A stretch of 64,000 nt of DNA, from IMG/VR virus record IMGVR_UViG_3300020576_002312, positions 14,187 to 78,186 of that record; one strand, 5' to 3'. Shown one piece after another: positions 16,264 through 26,836 of this stretch. This DNA is from a virus (Duplodnaviria; Caudoviricetes). The notes under the pieces were generated by a model. It had not been told where the DNA came from and made no database searches. It saw only the letters and a program-made list of their open reading frames with translations. A program made the translations under genes and the position numbers. How positions within the stretch are numbered: the first letter of the stretch is position 1; each line of letters starts with the position of its first letter.

Positions 16264-17706
16264 ATGTCACTTTCCAATCAGGCAATTACAAACAACACCT
16301 TTCAGGGATCTCACGATTCCGCATGGGCGAGTCTTTATAGTCTCGTCAATCTTCCACAGGTATATCCTAATCTCGTACAGCGTTACGGTGCAGGATTTTC
16401 CAGAGAATTTTTCGAGTTCCTTACCATCGCAGGACAGGTAGGTACTTGTAAAGCACAGACAGAAACAACTTTTGAGAAGGGTTCTCCTGAAAAGGCAATT
16501 ACTCTTTCCGCAGCTATCACAGTTGTTGGCGCAGGCGCAACAATCGCTGTATCAATCAACGAGTGGAACGGTGCAGGTCAGTCTTACCTTTCAATAGGAC
16601 AGAAGATACTTATCCCACCTGCCTATATCACAAAGAGTGGTGTAAAACCCGTAGTAGGTCACTGGTATCAGGTAACTTCAATGGGCGCAGTTCAAGCACC
16701 GGAAGCTAACACTGTATTCACATGTACCCCTCTTGATGCACTGACAGTTCTCGCAGTACAAGTTCCATCGGGAACAAGTCTGATGGTAACAGGAGGTAAC
16801 TTTGCTCCTGGTTCACTTGGCGCAAAACCTAAAACAAGCGGATGGTACTCACGTACATTCACAACTGCTATCAAACGTGCTGCTTTCGCTATCGAGGGTT
16901 CACAGCAGTCCACAGAGAGATACACCGACCACCTTATAGGAGGAAGTCAGGGTGTATTCAGTGAGGCTTCAATTCAGGGTGAGTTCGATCTCGATCAGTC
17001 AATAAATTACGAAATCCTTCTTGGTGGAGTAGCAAACAACCTGACCATGACTAACGAGGATAGTGTTGCTAACTCAGTACGTGGTACACTCGGATTCCTT
17101 CCACAGCTTGAATCAAGAGCTTGCAGACAGTATTACACATCTGCTTATAGCGTTCCTGATGTTGATGATATCAAAAAAGCATGGATTTCACAGGGTGTTA
17201 CCGAAACCAATGGTACACTGATTGCGGGGAATGATTTCCTTCAGGGATTAGAGAACAACGCTCTTGACTTCATTAAAGAGTTCTCAGGTGGAACAGACCT
17301 TATGACAGCAATGAACGAGATGAAAGTTGACTTCAAAGTGCTGAAAAAAGGACTCATCACACTGACACTTCACGAGATGAAATCTTTCACCAACCCTAAC
17401 ACCCTTGGTAACTACGACTTCGGCAAGTACGCAGTTGTATTCCCAAGCACACAGGTAACAGTGAGAGAAGGTGCAGGTGCAACCGAGATTAAGATTCCAA
17501 ACGTAAGGCTCGCCTATAAGAACTATAATGGTGAAGACAGAACACGTTGCTTCGGGACTATCAACGGTATCAATGGATTTTCAGGTGGAAATCAGAACAT
17601 TGCTGACGCAAGGGACAGAAAAAAAGTTGAGATATTAAGTGAGTTCATGCTTCAGGTTCATGCAGCCAACCAAATGCTCCTTATAATGCCGTCAACGGTT
17701 TTATAA
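16264..17706 (+). CDS. major capsid protein
   Basis: 480 aa; position; highly biased codon usage; strong terminator after it. Confidence 0.85.
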   Translation: MSLSNQAITNNTFQGSHDSAWASLYSLVNLPQVYPNLVQRYGAGFSREFFEFLTIAGQVGTCKAQTETTFEKGSPEKAITLSAAITVVGAGATIAVSINEWNGAGQSYLSIGQKILIPPAYITKSGVKPVVGHWYQVTSMGAVQAPEANTVFTCTPLDALTVLAVQVPSGTSLMVTGGNFAPGSLGAKPKTSGWYSRTFTTAIKRAAFAIEGSQQSTERYTDHLIGGSQGVFSEASIQGEFDLDQSINYEILLGGVANNLTMTNEDSVANSVRGTLGFLPQLESRACRQYYTSAYSVPDVDDIKKAWISQGVTETNGTLIAGNDFLQGLENNALDFIKEFSGGTDLMTAMNEMKVDFKVLKKGLITLTLHEMKSFTNPNTLGNYDFGKYAVVFPSTQVTVREGAGATEIKIPNVRLAYKNYNGEDRTRCFGTINGINGFSGGNQNIADARDRKKVEILSEFMLQVHAANQMLLIMPSTVL

Positions 17707-17726
17707 TCAGTATAATACTAAACACT

Positions 17727-17757
17727 AAGGGGAATATTTGTTTATTCCCCTTTTTTT
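17727..17757 (+). terminator. intrinsic terminator
   Basis: AAGGGGAATA/TATTCCCCTT plus T run. Confidence 0.85.
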
Positions 17758-17760
17758 ATT

Positions 17761-17861
17761 TATCTTTGTAGTGGAGATAGTCGAGGGTAATTGCTCGATG
17801 ATAAGGGGCAGCCAACAACCCTTCTCCACTTTTGTTGGCATCACTAAATTGTTGGATAATG
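17761..17861 (+). promoter_or_regulatory. promoter plus pseudoknot leader, copy A
   Basis: AGTGGAGA/TCTCCACT, TCGAG/CTCGA, AGGG/CCCT; loop GCCAACAA pairs with TTGTTGGC (17832) or TTGTTGG (17849). Confidence 0.7.
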
Positions 17862-18671
17862 AATAAGATATGTACTGTATGTGGGCAAGAGAAAGAGATT
17901 GATCTCTTTGTAAAGAAGGCTAAAAGTCCAGACGGACACGCATCTGAATGTAAAGATTGCCATAATAAGCACAATAAGGATGTTTATTATAGAGATATAG
18001 AAAAAAGTAGAGAAAAAGGACGGACAACATCTGCTTCTTATAAAAAAAGGCATCCAGATAGGGTTAAGGAAAATGCTAAGAAGGAACATGTAAAAAATAA
18101 AGACAAATATGATAGCCGTATTATTATATATAGGAGTACACATAAGGATGAAATAAATACATCCAAGCGAGAGTACGCTAAAAAACATCCTGAAAAGGTA
18201 AAAAAATGGCACGATAATGCAGTTAAGAAAAATGGGGATAAATATAAGGATACTAATAAAAGATATAAAAAAGAAAATAAAGAACGTCTTAATAAACTTG
18301 AGGTTGAAAGACGTAACAAGAATCCACAATTAAAGATTGCGCATAGTCTTAGAAATAGCATAGGTAAATCGTTAAAATCCAAGAGTGAACTTGGAAGAAC
18401 TCCATCTCTTATAGGATGCTCTATTGATTCTTTTTGTAAATATCTTGAATCTTTGTTTACAGATGGGATGACATGGAAAAACTATGGACAGGGAAATGAT
18501 AAATGGACGATTGACCATACAATTCCCCTTGTGACGTTTGACCTTGAAAACGAAGAACAACAAAAGATAGCGTTTCATTGGAGCAATATGAAACCTATGT
18601 GGCAAAGAGAAAATTTTTCTAAAGGGAGTTTGCATAATGGGGTTAGACATCACCGAAAGAAGGCATCTTAA
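17859..18671 (+). CDS. HNH homing endonuclease, family copy 2
   Basis: CTVC..CKDC; WTIDHTIPL..FDL...FHWSNMKPMW..ENFSKG. Confidence 0.85.
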   Translation: MNKICTVCGQEKEIDLFVKKAKSPDGHASECKDCHNKHNKDVYYRDIEKSREKGRTTSASYKKRHPDRVKENAKKEHVKNKDKYDSRIIIYRSTHKDEINTSKREYAKKHPEKVKKWHDNAVKKNGDKYKDTNKRYKKENKERLNKLEVERRNKNPQLKIAHSLRNSIGKSLKSKSELGRTPSLIGCSIDSFCKYLESLFTDGMTWKNYGQGNDKWTIDHTIPLVTFDLENEEQQKIAFHWSNMKPMWQRENFSKGSLHNGVRHHRKKAS

Positions 18672-18735
18672 TTCCATCTCAAAAATATTGTCTATCTTTG
18701 CAAGTGAAACGAGTATTAATTAAAACAGAAAAGCA

Positions 18736-19749
18736 ATGTTAATTGTTAACGGCAGTGTCCTTCCGGCAAACGCCAATAAAGACCATGAATTATTTCCTAT
18801 GGTCGATGAATATCAAAGGTCAATAAAGAAACTTAAAGCGGATTATCCTAAAGGAGAGATTACTCTCATGCGCATAGGCTATCCGCAGACTAACCCTACG
18901 GGGCTTGCAGAGGATGTTCCCCCTATCTACTTCCCCATGCAGATATCAGACGGCAATGGTGTGTCGTGGGCATACTGCAAGGGCAGACCCGTCATACACC
19001 CTAACGGACTGAGAGAACTACCGAAAGAGGATAGGAGTGAAGCCTTGGGTGATCTTATCTTGCTGGATATAAATAAGAAAGAGGACTACACCTTCTACAT
19101 GATGTTTAAGAGTGGTATTCTCAATAACATATACCGAGTATTCGATCCCGATGGTGACAGACTCAAAGAACTTAGACTTCGCAATGAGAGGCGTGAGGTT
19201 GAGTATGCTATCAGCAAAGGTATGGACGAGAGTAAACTACGCAACGTAGCAGCAGCATGGGGCGTAGAGAAGGCATACGAGAAAGATGTACTACTTGTGC
19301 AGGCAGACCTTGAGACAAAGGTATTCGCTCTCGATGATATTAAAAAGAAAAACCCTACTAACCTTCAGTTGAAAGGTATCACTGAGTTTCTTACCGAGAT
19401 TAAGGCAGACGACTATCTGATGCCCAAGGCACTCGTGCAGAAAGCCATTGACTACAAAAAACTGGTAAAGGATAAGCAGGATCAGAAATATTACTTAGGG
19501 GACGTAGAGATATGTTATATTCCCGTAAATAAGAGGGACGATGAAGTGGACTTCATTGCGGGATATTTAAGACACCCCGATAATAAGGAGAAATGGGATC
19601 AGCTCCTAACGGAAATGATAGACGAAGAATTTATTACAAGCGGAGATAAATATTCGGTGCGTTGGCTGGCAGTTCAGGTAGGAATACCCGTCAATCAGCA
19701 GGCCGAAGCAATCCGCAAAGCTCTACTCGACAAATTCGTGTCGAAGTAG
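18736..19749 (+). CDS. conserved virion protein following MCP (crAss gene-75-like position)
   Basis: 337 aa; position; TATCTTTG 18693-18700. Confidence 0.5.
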   Translation: MLIVNGSVLPANANKDHELFPMVDEYQRSIKKLKADYPKGEITLMRIGYPQTNPTGLAEDVPPIYFPMQISDGNGVSWAYCKGRPVIHPNGLRELPKEDRSEALGDLILLDINKKEDYTFYMMFKSGILNNIYRVFDPDGDRLKELRLRNERREVEYAISKGMDESKLRNVAAAWGVEKAYEKDVLLVQADLETKVFALDDIKKKNPTNLQLKGITEFLTEIKADDYLMPKALVQKAIDYKKLVKDKQDQKYYLGDVEICYIPVNKRDDEVDFIAGYLRHPDNKEKWDQLLTEMIDEEFITSGDKYSVRWLAVQVGIPVNQQAEAIRKALLDKFVSK

Positions 19750-19775
19750 TTTCTGTTCCTCGTTTCCTTTCTTTG

Positions 19776-19807
19776 GGTCTCTGTCACGAGTTGGCGGAGA
19801 CCTTTTT
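19776..19807 (+). terminator. intrinsic terminator
   Basis: GGTCTCT/GGAGACC plus T5. Confidence 0.7.
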
Positions 19808-19862
19808 GATTTTAAGGGTGTCGCAAAAATCAACTATCTTTGTAACTAAATAAGATTAAGAT

Positions 19863-20612
19863 ATGCTATCATCCCTTGTGTATTCCACGCTACTCACTTT
19901 ATTGAGGAAAGATGCCAGAGGTAACTCGGTTAGCGTTGAAGAATATAACCGATTAGCCTCGATAGTCAACACCAAATTATATCAGAAGTATTTTGAGTCA
20001 GAGTCGAGTGACGATTCTCTTTCTGCGTTTAGGGTAATGCAATCGCCAATAAACTTAGTGGTAGGTGGTAACTCAGCAATGCCTTATGCAAAAGGATTCG
20101 CACCGAGTAACTTCTATTGGATGTCGGGAAAGCCTTTTTGTAATGACAATGGCACTGCAAGGTTTCTCGATCAGGTAACACCTCCTGAGATAGCATATAG
20201 GTATGCTGATTTTCTTACACAGCCGACTATTGAGAATCCACTATATCAGATTACAACCGCAGATGGCAATCCAAATTCATCCTATGCTTTTCTGTGTTAT
20301 CCGAGTACGATAAGCACGATATACCTTGATTATTACAGGATAGCAAACACACCTGTTCTTGATTACTACATGAATAATACCACCTTCCAAAAGACATATC
20401 TTGATGAAGGTGTTACTTATGTTATACCCGTGGGAAGTACTTATAGCGATGGGAGTACAAGCGGAAGCAAGGTATCTAAGACTATTGATTGGGAATGGGC
20501 AGAGGCAGACCTACCTATTATTATGGCAATGATGCTCCAGGAAGCGGGAATAACCTTACCCGATCAGTTATTGCTTGAGGTGGGGATTAATAACGAAAAA
20601 GACTTACTGTAA
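19863..20612 (+). CDS. tail ring/adaptor protein
   Basis: IYLDYYRIANTPVLDY...IDWEW...IIMAMML pattern typical of crAss-type ring proteins; TATCTTTG 19835-19842. Confidence 0.6.
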   Translation: MLSSLVYSTLLTLLRKDARGNSVSVEEYNRLASIVNTKLYQKYFESESSDDSLSAFRVMQSPINLVVGGNSAMPYAKGFAPSNFYWMSGKPFCNDNGTARFLDQVTPPEIAYRYADFLTQPTIENPLYQITTADGNPNSSYAFLCYPSTISTIYLDYYRIANTPVLDYYMNNTTFQKTYLDEGVTYVIPVGSTYSDGSTSGSKVSKTIDWEWAEADLPIIMAMMLQEAGITLPDQLLLEVGINNEKDLL

Positions 20613-21259
20613 TGCAGAAAAATGAAATCAGGAGTTTAATCAAAAACTTACTACCACGTATAGATAAAGAATCGGTCTTCCACAATAGACTAATTGATGC
20701 CTCGGTGGAGAAGGTACTTGCAGAGATGTACGTTGAGTTATGGGGTGCAGACCCACGTTCAGTTGATGCTTATACAAAATCTTATACTAACATTACGATA
20801 GTTCAAGAACCATCTACAAGTATTTATTATAGTGTTCTTCCTGAAAGGATAATACCTATCCCCGACAATAGTTCAGGCGTAAGACATATATATCCTTTAG
20901 TGGCAAATACACCTGAGTTTAAACCCATGAGTGCTTTTGATATAAATAGGGTATATGATACAGATTTAGCGGTAGTAACAACTAAGGTTGGTTTTAGAGT
21001 TAAGCAACAGGGCAGTACTATATATCCGAGAGTTGACTATTGGAATACCACACCTACGATAGTTAATGCGGGAGTGAGAATGGAGCTTCTTATACCCTTC
21101 AGTGCTTATGCAGATACCGATATAGTGTTAGTGCCTGAGTTGAAGAATAAAGCGGGAGAATCCTTTACGGATAGGGTAATTAGATTACTTTCAGTTATAC
21201 CCCCGATAGATACTGCCGATAATAATAAGAATAAGTACGCACAACCTTCTAAGCAATAA
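20612..21259 (+). CDS. tail ring/adaptor protein
   Basis: 215 aa, coupled to its neighbour; YYSVLPE.IIP.P motif. Confidence 0.55.
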   Translation: MQKNEIRSLIKNLLPRIDKESVFHNRLIDASVEKVLAEMYVELWGADPRSVDAYTKSYTNITIVQEPSTSIYYSVLPERIIPIPDNSSGVRHIYPLVANTPEFKPMSAFDINRVYDTDLAVVTTKVGFRVKQQGSTIYPRVDYWNTTPTIVNAGVRMELLIPFSAYADTDIVLVPELKNKAGESFTDRVIRLLSVIPPIDTADNNKNKYAQPSKQ

Positions 21260-21268
21260 TAAAAGTAT

Positions 21269-21982
21269 ATGGCGCAGACTAGTGGATTTCGTGAGATTGG
21301 GTTGGTGGTCGATAACTTCTTGGCAAAGAATAAACTCACCAACGATGACTACTTTACGTACCTCATCCATGCCTGTGATGCGTACAGAGAGATAAGTTTA
21401 AGACATAGCAATGCCATAGTAACGGCAAAGGTTAGTATATCATCTTTAGGGATAATAGATATGCCAGCTGATATGGTAGGGTTCTCTAACTTATTTATTC
21501 CTATAAATGGTGAGTTTTGGAGTTTTACAGACTTACCGAGGAAAGTAAATACTACAACAACGACTAATAATGTAGAGGGACAGGATGCGACACAGGGCGA
21601 GGGCGTTGATGTAAAGAAAGAGTTCTTCTATGGCATTGGTGGTGTAGGTGGGGTGAACGACTACGGGCGTAAGATAGACTGGAAAGCACGAAGGATATTC
21701 TGTGACGGGATTAAGTCTGATACCGCAGTATTGGTTTACACAAGCAATGGGTTAGAGGTTGGAGCGAGTACATATATCCCCTCTCAGTGTGAGATTTGTA
21801 TTGACAGGTATCTTATGTGGAAACAATCAGAGTTCGATAACGAGTCAATGAATAAGGTCGTCTATAACGAGGAAAAGTGGAAGGAAGAAGTGTTAAAACT
21901 CAGAGTGTTTAATTTCCTTCCAAACCGTGATGAACTTGAAGATGCTTGGAATAAGTCAGTAACTCAAAGTTATCAAAGGTAG
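21269..21982 (+). CDS. tail tubular/ring protein
   Basis: 237 aa in the tail operon. Confidence 0.55.
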   Translation: MAQTSGFREIGLVVDNFLAKNKLTNDDYFTYLIHACDAYREISLRHSNAIVTAKVSISSLGIIDMPADMVGFSNLFIPINGEFWSFTDLPRKVNTTTTTNNVEGQDATQGEGVDVKKEFFYGIGGVGGVNDYGRKIDWKARRIFCDGIKSDTAVLVYTSNGLEVGASTYIPSQCEICIDRYLMWKQSEFDNESMNKVVYNEEKWKEEVLKLRVFNFLPNRDELEDAWNKSVTQSYQR

Positions 21983-21985
21983 GAA

Positions 21986-24900
21986 ATGAGTGATATAAAA
22001 CAGGATATTACCTTTATCGGGTCGGGACTCGATTCTGATACGTCAAATAAGCTAATGGCATTGGGCGATAGCCCTGTTAGGTTACACGTAGCTGTGACCG
22101 ATGATAGTCTTCAGGGAGAACTTGTAACCATGCTTGGTACAAAACTTGTATCATACCAAGGTGGTCTTGCGTTATCGAGGGCTTACTTCGCACATGGGGG
22201 TTACTACAACGAGTTACAGAGGACGGTGTATTATTTCATCTTCAGCCAGCCATTTTTAGATACAAGCGTTCCTTCCCCGACTGAATATATCTACGACAAC
22301 AGGGTACTTGCATACAGGGAAGATACAGGGGTAATTGATACGATATTCATTGATAGAAAAAACTATCTTGAGTTAGATCCCGAAAAACCACTCATACGGC
22401 CATGTATGATTAAGGATTGGCTGTTTATCAATCCGGTGACGAGTCAACCAAAAATGATTGATGTTACAAGGGCTTATAACTATACTAACTTTCCGGCATG
22501 GGATTCCACAAAAGGAGATTATGTTTACGGTGATAGAGTAACTTTCTTTGGCGGTCTATTTGTAGTTATTGCCACGCCAACAGCAGGGCAGTCGCCATCA
22601 ACGCACCCTACTAAATGGAGAAGAATAGGGGATAGTTATCAGAGTGAGTCGAGTACTATTGGCGATGAGCTTTCCGTGGCTTTTAACATGATTAAAACTC
22701 CCCCGATAGACGTTATTAAAACTGCCTTCGGGAGCGACCCAAGCGTAAGTTCAAATCAGGTTAAGGGTAGGGTATTTAGGTTTTGTCACAGGTATCAGTA
22801 TTTTGATGATTCATATTCGGTTTACTCTGCTTATACGGGACTTAGTTTACCCGTGGACGATGAATTATATTCGGGAGAGGTTATATACTCGACTACATTC
22901 AATAACTATATAGCACTCACCTTTAGTCTTTACTCGGCATCCCTTGTAAAGAACATAGAGTTATTCTTTCAGGAGTTAGATGGTTCATGGTATAGGTTAG
23001 CAGTCATAAAAAGACAAGATCAGACCTTGCTTAATGATGTAAACTATACACATAATTTCTACAATAACGAGTCGTATATTGCAGTTCCAAATAGTGAGGT
23101 AGTTAAAGTTCAGGATGCAGTACCAAGGGAAGCAGGGTCACTTGAGATAATCAATGAGAATATTCTTACACTAGGGAAATGCACAGAGGGATTTGATAAC
23201 CTTGAAAAAGATGTTATTGATGTTACTCTTACCCCTGAGATAAAAGATATAAAGCAGTTCACACAAGAAGATACCTTTAAAAGAAACAATATTCCTGGTG
23301 ATTTAAGTTATAGTAACTCTTATGATGAACAACTTGGAGTAAATTTTTACTATACCATACTTGACGTAGGAACATGGTTTGCAGGGAGTGGTATAATAGC
23401 AACAGATGTTTATAAGGCTACTCTTGATGGGTTAACCCAATATAAAACACTCGGAGCAGGAGATGTTGATACGGCTGAACATTTAGCTAATGCAATAGCA
23501 TCGTTATTTCAGAACGCAACGGTATATAATGGTGGTGGGGGGATAGTTAATGTACAAATACTTGACTATTATAAGTTTCCTGAACTAACGCTATCGAGAT
23601 TCTATTCTCCCGATGCGCTTGTTACAGGCACGACAACACTTACTAAGTTCAAGGGGGTAAAAGAGGGTGCGTATCATCCATATTGTCTATTCTATTATGA
23701 CGGACAAATGAGGCGTAGTTCAGCGCAGGTAAATAGCGATATGGTTACTTACGTGCCATCCGTAAATGAGTACTCACCTCCCGTTACCACAACTAACCAT
23801 AAGTGGGATATTAATTGGGCAGTCAATCACGAGCCTCCAACATGGGCTAAATATTGGAAATGGGGTTATGCAGGGAATAGAAGATGTTCTTATTTCGTTC
23901 AGTATATTATTAGTAAGGTAGAATTATCTGTCGTAGCACCCGATACGCCCGATGTAAATAATACGGTTAAGGTTAATATCACTCCATTACAGACGCTACG
24001 CACAACATCAGAGGTTGGGTGGAACTGTTTCCCAAATTCTATTATTCCTCAATATCAATTTACCGAGGGTGATAGGATAAGGTTTATAACAGAACTTACA
24101 GACCCAACACTCGCAGGCACTCTCTTAGGGGATGTTCTTAATGGTATATACGATTTTGAGATACTAAAATTCGATGAGACCACGAATATGCTCTATGTTC
24201 AGTCTTTTGACTTTGGGACGGCAAACATAGGGGTAAATAGCCTCGTAGAGATTTATACTCCAAGGAAAACGACAGAAGTAGAGTTCTATTATGAGTTCAG
24301 TGACCTTTTACCTATCGTGACTGATATTAATGGCAAAAGTGCTCATGGGGCAGTTAATTCAGCCAATAATCAGGTAGTAGGTGTATCTCCCGCAACAGGT
24401 GTATTTGAGAGTGGGGATATTTATCATATCTATCGTACGCCAAGTAAGCCATTATCCGAGGATATAAGTGAAACCTTTATGGGGGCTTTCCACGAGTCAA
24501 TGTGGTGGAGTGATTTTTACAAGAGTGACGATTGGAATAGAGGCAAGATAGGTATTGAGAATCCCATAGGCGAGGTAACGACAAACCTCGTGAGGTATTC
24601 AAATCCTTATTTTCAAGGGACACAGATAAACGGACTCACAACTTTTGAAGAAGAAAGTAAGAAAGAGATAAACGATGTATTTGGTGACATACAGGCACTC
24701 GTAGAGGTAGGTGATACATTAAAAGTATATCAGACTAAGAAAGCAAGTGCAATACTCATAGGTAAGACAGAGTACACAGATTCATCGGGACAACAGACAA
24801 CGCCCGAACTTACTACAAGGACATTGGGATCTATTCGTTACCCTGAAAGTAACTATGGTACGATATTCCCTGAGTCTATTGTAAAAAATAACAGGTACGT

Positions 24901-26821
24901 TTACGGCTTTGACGTTCATAATGGCGTGGTGTGGAGAGATTCCCCTTCAGGGATATTCCCAATAAGCGGTAGATATGCAGAGGCAGGGGGTGATGTAGAT
25001 TACAAGATGCAGACCTATTTCAAGAATAAGTCAAAGGCATTAATGGAGTCGGGCGTTGACCATATCAAGTGTATAGGTGTTTGGGACGGGGAGAATAAGA
25101 TGTACGTTCTGTCTATCAAAGATACCGTCAATGAGGAGAATAATGATACTATCATGTTCCACGAGCCAAGTAACAGGTGGATTACATACGCTGACTTCAC
25201 TAAGACACCGACAGGGGGATATAACCAACTACTTGAACTTACATGGGAAGTTGTTAAGGGTTTTGAGAATGGCATAGGTCTTTCGTTTGATTATACAACA
25301 AGATTTGCGGTGTTTGATATAGGTAGCGGGCTTGGTACGTCAGCCAACGCATCGGTAGTACCGCCAAGTGACGGGTTGGGATTAAGAACCTATATTCCGC
25401 TTCCGACAATCACTTGCACAGCAGGGGTAACACCCGATGAGATACCTATGGTGATGACGATACCTGACCCTGTAATACATATATCATCCTTATCGGTAAG
25501 CGAAGATACAATGCTTTGGGATGCAGATCAGAGTGGTGTGGGTGATAAGATAACTACGATGCTATCTAGTATCAATAATCCTTATATAGCAGCTACCTTT
25601 ATCCTTGAAAGTAAGCCTTCGTGGATTACGATACTTGAAGAAGGCAGAGCTATCTTTATCAATAACGGAGATACCGTATCACTTACCACTAATCTTTGGG
25701 TTTATCCGACACTTGACAATACGGGAGCACAGAGAGCAGGACAGATTATCTTTAAGGATAGTTTCGGTAACAGAGCAGTAGTCTATTGCACACAGCAAAT
25801 AGCACTTGTTAATCCGATAGTTATTCTCGCAATTAATCCCGCAGACACATCAGACCTTGGTATTGGCATGGGAAGTAGTGGTAGTAATTCGGTGGGTACA
25901 ACAAGAGTGAACCTAACTGACTTAAATCTCTACAATCCTGGTCGGGCAAATGGAGCAACCTTTGAAGTATTCTACGCAATAACAAGGGATGGGGTTAATG
26001 ATGCTTCGGGTTCATTCGATTATAGAAATGGTGTTATAACAACTACATTCGTTTTACTTAACTCAATATCAACTTCGGGTGAGCAAATTATAGTGTATTT
26101 TAGCAGTGCATCACACTCAATACCTATTGATCCTGTAAATGCGAGTGTTCTCGCTGACCCGATAAATATGGTTATCACTATTCCAAAACCGACAATCGTT
26201 GTGTCGTGGATTAGCTTTACCAATACCACGATGACATGGCCTGCAAGTAATAATTCTTACGCAAGCAAGCAGAGTGCGGTAGCCACGTTCCATTCAACCG
26301 TGAGTGCGTTCTTACAATCATTTCCTTCGTGGATTACTATAATAAATGAATCACACGGGGGTACAATGTTTGTAGGTGACTTAGTAAGAGATGGCGATAC
26401 TTTGAGTATATACCCAAATACTACCAATGCTCTCTATGTTCCCAAGGTGGGTACTATCAACTTCAATGACTCGGTGGGTAATATAACTCATATCAACGTC
26501 ACTCACCAAGCTACATTACTACCGCCAAGCGTTACCATACAGATGCACCCAAGCGATAGGTCAGGTACTACACTCTCACTTATCTCAGGAACGGGCAGTG
26601 CAGGCAGTAGTAATATTAGTATTACCTTTACACCGAACTACCCGCATGTAGCTTACGGCAGACCGATAGATTTCAATTATGAGATATGGAAAGACGGAGT
26701 GCCTGTTGGTAGTGGTAGTATGTTTAGTCTGTTAAATCAGAGGGCAAATACAAGAGCATTGACGATGACAAGTCCCGCAGAGGCAGGGCAAACGATAATA
26801 ATATATTTACAAGAACCTTAA
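21986..26821 (+). CDS. tail muzzle/stabilisation protein N-part fused to two tandem BACON/Ig-like units
   Basis: First ~1075 aa resemble crAss/P22-gp10-type stabilisation proteins and end at RWITYADF; then two ~250-aa repeats with PSWITI...G.I.F.D..GN...V...Q. Confidence 0.75.
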   Translation: MSDIKQDITFIGSGLDSDTSNKLMALGDSPVRLHVAVTDDSLQGELVTMLGTKLVSYQGGLALSRAYFAHGGYYNELQRTVYYFIFSQPFLDTSVPSPTEYIYDNRVLAYREDTGVIDTIFIDRKNYLELDPEKPLIRPCMIKDWLFINPVTSQPKMIDVTRAYNYTNFPAWDSTKGDYVYGDRVTFFGGLFVVIATPTAGQSPSTHPTKWRRIGDSYQSESSTIGDELSVAFNMIKTPPIDVIKTAFGSDPSVSSNQVKGRVFRFCHRYQYFDDSYSVYSAYTGLSLPVDDELYSGEVIYSTTFNNYIALTFSLYSASLVKNIELFFQELDGSWYRLAVIKRQDQTLLNDVNYTHNFYNNESYIAVPNSEVVKVQDAVPREAGSLEIINENILTLGKCTEGFDNLEKDVIDVTLTPEIKDIKQFTQEDTFKRNNIPGDLSYSNSYDEQLGVNFYYTILDVGTWFAGSGIIATDVYKATLDGLTQYKTLGAGDVDTAEHLANAIASLFQNATVYNGGGGIVNVQILDYYKFPELTLSRFYSPDALVTGTTTLTKFKGVKEGAYHPYCLFYYDGQMRRSSAQVNSDMVTYVPSVNEYSPPVTTTNHKWDINWAVNHEPPTWAKYWKWGYAGNRRCSYFVQYIISKVELSVVAPDTPDVNNTVKVNITPLQTLRTTSEVGWNCFPNSIIPQYQFTEGDRIRFITELTDPTLAGTLLGDVLNGIYDFEILKFDETTNMLYVQSFDFGTANIGVNSLVEIYTPRKTTEVEFYYEFSDLLPIVTDINGKSAHGAVNSANNQVVGVSPATGVFESGDIYHIYRTPSKPLSEDISETFMGAFHESMWWSDFYKSDDWNRGKIGIENPIGEVTTNLVRYSNPYFQGTQINGLTTFEEESKKEINDVFGDIQALVEVGDTLKVYQTKKASAILIGKTEYTDSSGQQTTPELTTRTLGSIRYPESNYGTIFPESIVKNNRYVYGFDVHNGVVWRDSPSGIFPISGRYAEAGGDVDYKMQTYFKNKSKALMESGVDHIKCIGVWDGENKMYVLSIKDTVNEENNDTIMFHEPSNRWITYADFTKTPTGGYNQLLELTWEVVKGFENGIGLSFDYTTRFAVFDIGSGLGTSANASVVPPSDGLGLRTYIPLPTITCTAGVTPDEIPMVMTIPDPVIHISSLSVSEDTMLWDADQSGVGDKITTMLSSINNPYIAATFILESKPSWITILEEGRAIFINNGDTVSLTTNLWVYPTLDNTGAQRAGQIIFKDSFGNRAVVYCTQQIALVNPIVILAINPADTSDLGIGMGSSGSNSVGTTRVNLTDLNLYNPGRANGATFEVFYAITRDGVNDASGSFDYRNGVITTTFVLLNSISTSGEQIIVYFSSASHSIPIDPVNASVLADPINMVITIPKPTIVVSWISFTNTTMTWPASNNSYASKQSAVATFHSTVSAFLQSFPSWITIINESHGGTMFVGDLVRDGDTLSIYPNTTNALYVPKVGTINFNDSVGNITHINVTHQATLLPPSVTIQMHPSDRSGTTLSLISGTGSAGSSNISITFTPNYPHVAYGRPIDFNYEIWKDGVPVGSGSMFSLLNQRANTRALTMTSPAEAGQTIIIYLQEP

Positions 26822-26836
26822 TAAATTTAAAATACA

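Noticed and set aside
17844-18382. 161-aa and 114-aa hydrophobic - strand ORFs
   Set aside because: Antisense shadows of the Lys-rich HNH gene.
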